Source of the DNA: Schmidtea nova
Lineage: Eukaryota
DNA: 64,000 nt
Direction of reading: 5' to 3'
Assembly (NCBI GenBank): GCA_044892505.1
Contig: CM097882.1
Location: forward strand, 321,966,001-322,030,000
Below the pieces are notes generated by a model that ran no database searches, was not told the origin of the DNA, and saw nothing but the letters and a program-made list of their open reading frames with translations. The position numbers and the translations under genes were made by a program. Shown here one piece after another: positions 8,358-20,300 of the stretch (positions within the stretch are counted from its first letter, which is position 1; every line of letters starts with the position of its first letter).

Positions 8358-11300
8358 CTATACCATCATTATCGTCTTTTCCTCGTATCGTTCTTCATCT
8401 TCTATTTGTTTCCAGAATTCTTTACCTTTCGTTCTTCTTTGGAATTCTTTCTGTATCTCTTCTGGTATTTCTATTCTTTGCTTCATAATTTTAATATCTG
8501 GCCATTGTATGGCTGTCGCTTTGTTTCTCTTTCTGTATCTCCAATATATTATCATGCTTGTCGTCATTATCCCATATGCTATTAATATTCCTATGCTGAT
8601 TAATCCTATTACTGTTTTTCCACGGTTTGTTTCTCCTTTATTCTGGTTCGCTTTTATCTCATTTTGGGTTTGAGCCTCTGGCTTCTTCTCTTTCTGTATT
8701 TGACTCTTAACTTTGTTCATTACTTCTTGTGTAGACCAATGGCGGTTTAGTAGTTGTTTGACGTTATTTTCTTTTGTTCGGTTCTCCACGTTTCCTGGTT
8801 CGATCTGTTGTTGTAGTTTCTCTGAGATCTGATATAATCCGCATTCTGGTTTTTCTGAACCTTTTCTGGTGAAGGTACATATCGCGTATGTCCTATTTAC
8901 TTCCATTTTCTTTAATTCGACTTTTTCTTTATTCTTTATTTCTTTACAGTGGGTTAGGTTGTCTTCTTCTCCTTCTGGGTTATGCTTTGTCCAACATATT
9001 CCTTTAACTGTCTGATCGAGTCCTGTTAATGTCAGAGTTCTTTCTGTCTTTGTTAATTCTTCTTCATCGAATTTCAGTATCTCTCCTTTTTGGAATGTCT
9101 TGCAATGCTCTATTCCCTCTTGGATTCCTCTCTCCCAGATACATATACTTCCTTCTTCATTCATTTGTATTTCTTGTATTTCGATTTCCTTGTTTGTTCG
9201 TGATTCGTCGCTTGTCTGAACTTGGTATTCCTTCCTTGGTTCGTTGTATGTTCCCCAGCATAGTTTGTTGCTACTTGTTTTCCTTATTGTTATGGCCATT
9301 TGTTCTATTATTATTCCTTTATCGATACGTTTGGACATTGCTAGTATTAATGCTATGCATACGCACTCCTGTTGGGGTGATATTCTTTCTCTCGTTTTAT
9401 TGGTGCTTTTCTCTCCTTCTCCTGGTTTGTTCGTTGTATTTTCCTTCTGAGTTGCTGGTCGATCTATTGTGTTTTTGATCTCTTTCTTTGTTGGTTTTAC
9501 TTTGTACCACTCAAGTCTGGGCGTTTCATATTTTTGACATACGACTGTCTTAGGTAGCCCTGACTTCTTTTCCTTTCCTATTATGCATATCCGATGCATG
9601 ATTCCTCTATCCATCCCTTCTATTCGTATTATATCCTGGTCGGATTTTCTGATTATGCATTTTAGTGGGTTATCTTTCCCAATTGGTTCATCCTCTCTAT
9701 TCCAGCATATTTTCTCGACCTCCTGGACATTTACTATTTTTATCCCTGTTTGTAGGTTTGTTGCTTCTTCCCTATTGATTAATGTCAATATTATTGTTAG
9801 ACCCAACCATTTTGAACTCTGCGGTAGGCTTCTGGTTCGCCTTTCATATTTTTTCTCTTCTCCTTTAATCTCTTTTATTTCCTTGTCTTTGTTGTTTATT
9901 CCTAGTTTTCCGCTTTTTGCTTCTTTCTTCTTTGGTTCTTCTCGTGCTTCTTCTTCTAGCATTTCCACTCCATGGCTTGTACTGTCTCTATTTGTCCATT
10001 GGGTTACCGATTTCTTTGGGTTTATCTTGCGTATCCATATAGCTGATAACGCGATTATTACTGGTATGGTCGCTGTTAATATTCCTAAGCCAATTAGTTC
10101 TTTAATTTCTTTATTCTCGTCTGTTTGTATAGATTCGCTTTGGTTGAACATTATTCCGTATTGTCCCTTTAGTTTTCTCATTAATTGTTCCCGTTCTTCT
10201 TGCTTTCTTTTGACTTCCTTGATAACTTCTTCGGGTGTCCATTTTGCTTGAGGGTCGGTTATGGTTTTTTCTACGTCCATTTGTTCATTCGTTTGGCTTA
10301 GTTCCCTGAATTCGAGTTTCCTTGTTATTCCTTTTGATGTTGCGTTCGCTGGTGTATAGTAGGTTTCGCATCTTTCTTGTTGGTTTCCTAGTGCGTCCGT
10401 TTTTTCTATTGTACATACTTCGTATTCGCTATTAAATTGTAGTTTTTCGATCTTGATTTCTTTATTTGTTTTTCTGCACTCTCTTGATTGTCTTCTTATA
10501 TATTTCTGGACTATTATCCAACATATCTCCAATGTTTTATTCTCTATTTTCCATAATGTCAGAGTTGCTGATGTCTTTTTCTCGGATTTTGTCGTAACTT
10601 CTTGGCTTATCGGTTGTTTATTGTTTTTAAAGGTAGTGGTGTACTTCGGTTTCCCTTTGTTTCGTTGTCTTCTTTTATTTTTTCGTGTTAACGTTTTAGT
10701 TCTTGTTCCGGATGAAGTGGTGTATATTCCGCATTCTAGGTCGTTTATCGTTATCTGATCATTTTTCTTTACGAGACATATTTCATAAGTTTGTTTACTT
10801 TCTAAACCTTTTATTTGTATCGTCGTTGCTCCTGTGCTTGTTCGACATTGTGGTGTCTTTCTTTCATTTGTTTCTTTTTCGTACTTCCTCCAGCATACTC
10901 CTTTCACATTTGGTTCTATCTCTTTTATTTCTAATGTTATGTTTACTTTCTGTTTGATTTGTTTATTTCTCTTCCTCGTTCTCCTTCTGAACTTTATTAC
11001 TTCTCCAGGTTGGAATGTTTTACATTTTGTGGTACCTTTCTTGTTTGTCTCTTTTTCTAATAGGCATAGTTTGTACATCTTATCTGCTTTTACTTCGGAT
11101 ACTTTAATTACTTTGTTTGTTGTTGGTTTTCGACTTTTCCTTATTTCATTTACGCCGATTTCCTCGTTATTCCTCGCCCAACATTTTATGTTAGTGTTCT
11201 GTGTATCTTCCACTTCTGTTATTGTCATAGTTTCAATTTCTATTCCTTCCTCTAATCGTTTTATCATTATTAGTATGAGTGCTAAGCATAATACCTCCAT

Positions 11301-14300
11301 TTGGTAAGACACTCTTTCGGTTTCGTTTGTGGCAACTCTTGCTTCGGGCCTCTCTATTGTAATTCGTAGGGTTGGTGTTGTTTGCTTATCTATTGCCTGG
11401 GGTTTTTTGTTTTCTGTTCCCTGTGTCTCTGTTCTTCCACATTTTCCGAGGATGTAATGTCCTTTGGGTGACTGTTGTATTGTCATGGCTGCTTTAGGTG
11501 TTTGGTATTTTGCACATGCGATTGTGTTGTGTGATCTTGGATGCTTTTGTTTTCTAACGGTGCATATTTTGTACCAGGTATCTAGATCTAGGTCGTTGAT
11601 CTCTATGATTTCTTGCTCGTGTTCTGAGATTCTGCAATCCATCGGGCTATTTTGTTCCGTGATTTTGTCCTTTTTCGACCAACATACTCGTTCGATTCCT
11701 TTTGCGTTTTTTATTTGTATTATTGCCCTTTCTTCACATGTCATTCCTTGACTTGGATTAATTAACGTTAAAATCACTGTTAATAATAGTAACTCTGGTC
11801 TGAAGAATGGTTTTATAGTTGATTTATAGCCTGTTCTTTGGGTGTCATTTTTATCTCCTTGGTCGTTTTTTCCTTGTTCTCCCTCTTCATCTCTTTGTTT
11901 TTCGTCTTCCTTTTTCTTTTCTTCCTTGTCTCGTTTCTTGTCTTTTCTCTCGTTTTCCTCTTTATCGGGTGGTTCGTGATCGTTTGAATTTTCTGCGTTG
12001 TTACCGTCGTCACTATCTGTGTTGTCATCTCCCCCTGGCTCGTCGAAAATGTCGTCCTCGACATTGATTTCTTCTATTAGTTTCGCATACGCTAATGTCG
12101 TTAGATTACTTGCCTCAAATTCTTGTGTTTCTACCTGCTCCGGTATTACTTTGTTAGTGGATTTATGTTCCAAGATTTCCTTTTTGGCCTTGATCCAATT
12201 GTTGATGTATGTCTTCATCAATTCTTTCCATTTGCCTGTGTATTTTTCTTCTTTCGGGCTGGTTGTGATTCTTAGATCCTTTCTTTCCATAAACATCTTC
12301 AATATCTCTGGCCATTTATACGTTATTAAGGCACTTCTTATACACCAGTTTTGGTTATGTTCTGTAAACTTATTAATCCTGAATGCTGGTTCGTTAGTAT
12401 TAGGATTTATCCACGTAAGTATTGATTCTGTTAGTTCGACGTTGTTCATCATTGCTAGTACACTGGGTTTCTTGACCGTATCAGTTAGGTGATCTATTTC
12501 TTCCTGATTTGGGACGGTTTTTAGGAAGTTGACCATTTCCCAATTATGTGTTAGTAACGCTACATCCAAAATTGAATTATCTTTATCTGTTTTACCTGTA
12601 AGTCCTGCACCTGCTTTGTATAGTTCCTCTAATACCTTTGTTTTCGTTTTGGCCCTTGCTGCAAATACCATAAGTGTATCTCCTTTCTCGTCTATCATAT
12701 TCATTTTGCTTCCGCAATTTAGCATTACTCTTGCAATTTCCATTACTTTTCTATCTTTGCCATTTCGTAGAGCTCTATGTATGGGCATTATTCCGTCCTT
12801 TGGTAGTAAAAATGTTACTGGCATCTCCTTTTTTATTATTACTATGTCGTTTCCGTTGTAAGTTCCTTTTGCGTATGCGTGTACTTTTTCAACTAATGCA
12901 CCGAGTATTTCCAGTGCATGTTTACTATTCTCGAATTCTGGTAACAATTCTTTTGCTTTTTCTTGTATCGCATCTAGTCTAGCTTGGTATGGTGCTTCTG
13001 CTTTAAAGAGTGGTGTGAGTTTCTTGTTACTTTCTCTTTCTTTTTTCTCTAAAACCTGTTTGCATTTTTCGGGATGGTTTAAGATTTTTACTAATTCCTC
13101 ATATTCGCTTACTATCGTCTGGTATTTCTCGTTAAAATTGCTTATGTCTTTGTATGTTATTAGTTTATCAAGTGGTTTCGCACACCATTTCCTAATCTTA
13201 TTGAATAAGGCTTCCTTCTCTTTATCGAATTTGTATTCTTCTTCATTCTTTGTGATGTTTATGTTTCCTCTGTCTAATAAGGTTAGTAATGTCTTCTGAT
13301 CACAAGTAAATTTCAAAAGGTATCTTAACAGTGCGTTTTGTCCTTCGCTGTATACTTCGTTTATGTCTAAGACCCATGTATCATCTTCTGGTCGTTTCCA
13401 TTTGATTAACTTACGGATCGTGTTGCATTTACCAATTTTGATGGCCTCTTTGATAATGTCTCCTTTAACTAGTTCGTCTATCTCCCAAGTGGAGTTAGCT
13501 ATTATGTATTTCAGCATTGGTTGGTGAGAACTCCATATTACGTGATTTAGCACTGTTTTATCTTCTCTATCTCGTTCTGTCCAACTGAAACGGGCTTTTA
13601 TCAACAGATCTACCATTTCTTTATCTGCTTGGTAGATGGCTGCTGTCATTAATGGAGTTTCCTGTTCACGATTCCCAACGTCTAGATTTTGGTTTGTTTC
13701 TTTTGCGATTTTCAAGAATTCTTTTGCTCTTTCAATGTTTTTACACTGAATCGCATTATGTAAGGCTGGTTGTCCTCCTACATCTTTTAATAAGAGTATT
13801 TCAGGGATTTTTATCAATAATTCAGAAATAATTGGTTCGGTTGGTAATCCTTGTGCGTAACGGCTAATTATGTGTCTAATGTCCTTTGATATGCCTGCTT
13901 CGTCTCTAACGTGCCATCTTCCCATTATCTCTCTCGCCTTCAATATGATTTCTTTATTTCTGATTTCCTTTTGTCTTATTTCTGCTTTGTCGTCTTTAGT
14001 TGCGTTAGCTCTGAGCATATTTATCCTGGCTGTTTGTGATCTAGTTATTATTCGATTTTCTGGTGTTGTAGTTATCGTTTTAGGCACCTTCTTACATCTG
14101 CAGGTGTTTACATATATGGGTCGTATTAACGGTCGATTTATTAGCTTAACTTTGACATTATTGTCCTTCTTGTATATAATTTCATAAGGTCCTCTTCCAG
14201 GTCTTTGGAGTTTCTTAACAGTTCCGGGTATTATTTCGGGAGTTTCTATTATCACCCAATCTCCTGGTTTTAGATCGTTCGCTTTAACATTTTTCTTCTG

Positions 14301-17300
14301 GTCGTGTAAATCCTTATAACTTTCCTGATAAAATTTAATGTTGAGTTCTGCCGTTTTCCATATTTCCTGCATCCTTTCCTTGAATTTGGTTACGTAGTCG
14401 TCATCTTCCATATATTGCGATAATGGTGGCTGATACTCTAAATCTATGGGCATGTTGCATTCTCTTCCATACATAAGTTGAAATGGGCTTAGTTTTGTTG
14501 CTGCATGTATCGACATTCGGTATGCCATTAAACATAATTTTATGTATTCATCCCAGTCAGTTTGGTGTCTGCTGACGTAGTTTGATAACATTCTAATCAA
14601 TGTGCCGTTGAATCGCTCCGTTTGTCCATTCGTTTGCGGGTGATATGGTGAAGTTCTCAATTTTGCTATTCGGAAATAGTTTGTCACCTCGTTCAATAAC
14701 TCGCTCATAAAATTAGTTCCTTGGTCTGTGAGTATTTGTTTTGGAGTTCCGTATCTGCAACATATGTCTTCTACTAGAATCTTTGCTACGGTTTTTGCTT
14801 TTTGGTCTTGCATGGCAAATGCTTCCGGGAATTTCGTCAGATAATCCGTTATCACCAATATATAAATATTTCCGTTTAAACTTTCTGGTAATGGTCCTAT
14901 TACGTCCATTGCTATAGTTGTCATTGGCTCTGCTGGTATCGGCATTGGTTGTAGCGGGTTCTTCCATTTCTTCCCACTATCCTTTCTGGTTGCGCAAGTT
15001 AGACAATTTTTAATCCATTCCTTTATATCTTCTTCCATTGTTCGCCAATAATATTTTTGTCTCATACGGTTTATGGTCTTTTTCTCGGACATATGACCTC
15101 CCAATTTCCCATCATGGTATTGGATCATTATCTCTTTCCTTCTGTTTTCCGGTAAACACATCAATCTCTTTTCCCCGTCTTGTATTAATAACCATCCTTT
15201 ATTTATTATGTAGCGATGTTGATATTTTCCTATATGTTCCTTTAATTCCTTATTATCCTTAAATACCTCCATATTTCGAGACGTTAGGAACTCTATGATC
15301 TGTCCCAATTCTTTGTCTTCTTGTTGATCTTTCTTAAGCTCGCTAAAATCTAGATCCTCCGCTATTAATACACAAATTCGTTGTACATCAGGATCGGTTA
15401 GTTCTGGAAATGTCAGTCTTGACATACAATCTGCATTCGCATTCGCTCGTCCTGATTTAAATTTTATGTCTGGTGAGTACTCCTGTAACTGCATTGCCCA
15501 TCGCATTAATCTACTGGATGTTTCCTTGTGCTGTCCTAACCATACAAGCGGTTGGTGATCTGTTGTTATGCAGATGATGTGACCCCATAGTAAATATTTA
15601 AAGTGTTTAATAGCTAATATAATTGCTAATGCTTCCCGTTCTGTTACTGAGTAATTTTTCTCATGCTTTTTGAATGTCCGGCTATAATATCCGATTACGC
15701 GTTCTTTTCCTTCATCATCGTATTGCCCTAATACTGCTCCTGCTGCATATCCGCTTGCATCCGTTGCAAGTAGGAATGGCTTCTTAAAGTCTGGGTGTAC
15801 CAATATGGGTGCGGTTATCAGTTTATCTCTTAATGTCTCGAATGCTGTTTGTTGTTCATCTCCCCATATGAAGGATACATCTTTCTTTACTAGTTCCTGT
15901 ATAGGTTTTGCGATTCCAGCGTAATCTTTTATAAACTTTCTATAGTATCCACATAGTCCGAGAAATTCTTGTATTTGGGTTATTGTTTTTGGTACTGGAC
16001 ATTCTTTTACCTTGTCGATATTTCTAGGATCCGGTTCTTTTCCTTTTGCTGACACTATATGTCCTAAAAATGTTACTTTCTCTTTCGCCCAATCGCATTT
16101 TGATGGCTTGAGTTTTAACTTCCATTGTCTAAGCCTAACGAATACATCTCGAATATCCTGTATGTGTTGTTCGAATGTACTAGAGTAAATCAATAAGTCG
16201 TCGATGTAGACCATGCACTGCTTTATTCCGTGGGTGACGAAATTCATGCATCTCTGAAATGATGCTGGTGCGTTCGTTAATCCAAATGGCATCTTTCGAA
16301 ATTGATATAGGTCTCTACCGATGGTAAAGGCAGTTTTCTCCTTATCTTCTTCCTTCATTTTTATTTGCCAATATCCGCTTTTCAGATCTAACGACGTAAA
16401 ATATGCTGCTCCTTGTAATGTTAATAGCATTTCATTAATGTCTGGTAATGGGTAAGTATCCCTTTTTGTCACTGTATTCAATCTTCGATAGTCTATGCAG
16501 AATCTCTGTGTTCCGTCTTTTTTCTTTACCATTACCACTGGAAATTGCCAGGGTGAACAACTTGGTTCGATTACTTCTGCATCCAACATTTTCTTCACTT
16601 CTGCTTCTGCTACTGCTTTCTGTGCTTCCGCTAATTTGTACGGCCTTAATGCAATTGGTGTTTCATCTGTTAATGGTATTGTATGTAGTGTGACATCACA
16701 TGTTCCTAGATCTAAATCGGATGCTGCAAATATATCCTTATACTCTATCAGGAGTTTTTCTAGCTGCTTCCTTTGATCCTCATTTAATAATTCACTATCA
16801 ATATTCCAGGTTGGTTCTTTATCTTTCTCTGCTCCTTCTATTGGCAGTTCGATATCCATCATTGGGGTTAATTTACCTAATCTTTCGTTTTCGTATATTA
16901 TTTTGTCCTCTTCATCGAAGTTTACTACGTTTATTGGGATTTCTCCATCATCGTTTATGTTAACTAGTCCTCTTGCCATTGGCAACGCTTTTCTTTTCTC
17001 GAATCTCTTACTTGGTTCGAAAATCATATCCCCTTGGATTGTCGGATCTATTTTTACGTAACATATTTTCTCCTTTCTTGCGGGTATTATCATTTGCTTT
17101 GAACTTGTCACTTTGGCTTCTATTGCGCATATTTGTCCTGTGCGATCTTTTAGTCTCATTGTTCCGAGATCGATTACAATCTCTTTAAATAGTGCTGGCA
17201 TCAAATCTGTTCCGATAATGCAAGGTACGCTTAATGCTGGTATGACAGCTACGTACGTATCGATTTCCGTGTTTAAATGGCGTATTTTTACCCACCATCT

Positions 17301-20300
17301 TCCTGCTACTTCTACAACTTCTTTGCTACATGCAATTACATGGACGTTTGTCCTTTCTATTTCTCGTCTTTGCTCTTGTGGTATCCATTTGATGTCGATG
17401 GCGGAAATGTTTGCTCCCGTGTCGATCATTGCTTCGATTTCCCTTCCGTTAATCTCTATTGTCGTGGTTAATACTGGACCTGTGTTTGATGACATTACTG
17501 CGATCGTGTGTGTATCTCCTTGTGGATCTACGCTTCTACATCTTCTCATTTTATAATCTTCTGGTATCATGGGATATACATTTGTCATTGGCATCATTTG
17601 CATCGTGCTATTTTTTCCTCCTTGTAGTGGTTCTTGATACATGGTTGGTGGAGGTGCGTAACATTTCCATGCGTCGGCTGGATTCTTTTCGATGTATTGG
17701 GGTGCTTGGTTCTTATACACTTGTCCTCCCTTATAGTCGTCATCGTCATCGTCGTCGTCACTTGAATCATTATAGGTTTTATATCCTTTCATCCTCTCCC
17801 ATAAACCTTTTCTTTCTCTCTTGAGCTGTTGTCTTGCTTGTTCGTCATTCATTATCTTTCTAAATTTTCGTCCTACTTCTTCATCTGTTCCCTTCATTTT
17901 TGCGAGTATCTTCAACAATCTCTTTATTCGATGTATGTCCTTTGAGTGTCCGTGCAACACCATCGTTTTCGCAAGGAATGGTAAAAATCCTACTACCATT
18001 TTCCAATTCACTTTCTTTTCTCTCTTGTAAATATCGAAACACGCTAACATTTGCGTTATTATCACTCTGACGATTTGTATTATTAATATAACTCCCAGTA
18101 TTCCGGCCATCATTTGTCCGAATATCAGAAATCTTCCCCACATTGCTTTCATCATATTTTCGGTGGCTTTCTTGAAATGTGCTGGTGACAACAACAGTTC
18201 ATAATTCGGTCCTTCTCGATAATCCGTTCCTCCTGTTATCGTTACGATATTTGACAGTAATGCTTCTCTTCTTGCTGGGAATAATATATTCTGCCTTGCT
18301 GCTTCTAAATCTTTCGGACTATATATTCCATTGTTTGAGACATCTACGTCGCTGAATTGCCTATCCTTTGACAACTGCATTAGCTCGAATTCTCTTGGTG
18401 CTATCACTTCGGATCTTCCTGGGAACATAACCCATTTACCATCTGGTTTTTGATAAAGCGGTCCATACGCATTACTACAGTTGAATGGATTTGGTTCAAA
18501 CCCTGGTGGATTTATGATTCTCGTCACCGGTTGAACGTATCGTACTTTTCCTTTGTAATCGATTTCTAACTCATTTGTACAGGTTCCAGGTTTCAACTGT
18601 GTTGTTGCTGCTAGCGATGCATGTGTCTTTTCGCAGATGTATACATACATTGCTTCTCCAACCACCCTTCCGAAATGTCCTTCTCTCAGTGGTAATAATG
18701 GCATCGCGCTATCTGGATTCGTAATCGCTACGGCTAACTTTGTCTTTAATATTTCTCGATTCAGTATACAATCATTATTGATCAGATCGTAATACACTTT
18801 TTGTAATGAGGCTTGTCCTCTATGGAATAGGAAATCCATTTTATTATTCACATATAGGTGTAGTTTGATATCCATTGTGTCGATTTTGGGTTTCGCGTTT
18901 GGCACTTCTTGTTTTGACACATATATTCCTGGATAATTCGTTTCGTATACCGTTGTACTACACTTAAGGGTTGCTTTCCCTTTTATGAATCTCATTCCCA
19001 CATCTTGATTTGTGGTTATCAACACTGTTGGTGTGGCTCTCATTTCTATCCGTTTTTCTCTATGATCCGGTTTCAGTTGTCTTTTATTCTCTAAAGCTTC
19101 CTTGAGGTGCTTTGCTCTAGCTTTGTCGTCATCGTCTTCTTCCTGAAACGTTTTTCCTTGAATTTCGTCGAACTTTGCTCCTTGTAGCAGTTGTAACTGA
19201 CATTCGTTTACCTTTGGTTTGTACACTAATGTTGACATTCCCGTTTGACACATGCTCCTGTCGATTTTACACATGGATAACGTTTTCATTTCTCCCGTTG
19301 TTGGTTCGAAGAATGCTTCATAGCTTTTTAATTCGACTATATACGTATCCATTACTACTAGGTTGGTTGCGGGTACTCCGAATATCGGGTAGGTTTCTCC
19401 TTGACAATATCCTTCTCCTCCCGTAATCCGTCCTGCTACATAGTAGGTTTGTTGCAGCATCATTCCTGGCTTTCCTCTTATCTTGATTTTATCTCTTGTT
19501 GTTACTTCTCCATGTTTAAACAGTGCTTCGCAGTCTTCTCCTTGTAACACGATTGGTTCTCTTTCCGTTCCTGGCATGACAATTGCTGAATAATGTCCTC
19601 TCCCGCAGTAGAATGCGAATCTCGTCTTCTGCACTTTACATTCATTCACCATTGTCTTTATGAGTTCTGCTTCTTGATACACGTGGTACCATTGTTCTTT
19701 TTTAATCTTCTGCAACTCTACTGGAGTTGCATCTTTGCATTGCTCCGTACCTCTCAATGAATACTTTTCTCCTAACTTCATTTGGTCGCAATCAAACACT
19801 TCGAATGCTGTTGCGCTATCGGTGCTAATCATCCATATCAACATCATCATTATTATAGAACTCAGATTCATTGATGACTTTGCGTTTCCTGTTCCTGTTT
19901 GTTCCTTCTCTAACTCTTCCAATATTTTTTCGAATTTCTTTTTCATATTCTTGGCTTGCGTTTTCTTCTGGTTAGTTTTTATAAATGTTTCCCATCCTCC
20001 TTTGTTAATGACGTAGGGTTCTATTTCTCTAGCTATAATCTTTGCGGTATTTTTTATATGTCTCTCTAATGCAGTGGGTTTTTGTCGACCTCTACTCAGT
20101 GTTAATAGATTGTAGATCGTGTATGCGATGGCTATTACGTATTTATTATCAGTTTCCGCTCCTTCTGTCAATTTCTTTATTAACATCGTGGTTCCTTGCC
20201 AGTCTAAATGATTTGACTTCGTCTTTTCTTTTATGAATTCCGGTAAGATGGGTGCGATTGCGTTGTGTAGTGACTTCGCCTTTTCGCTTATCTCAGTTAT

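Noticed and set aside
17730-17760. FLAG-tag-like DDDDDDDDYK (vector contamination)
   Set aside because: Natural acidic low-complexity run; order differs from DYKDDDDK and codon style matches the element.
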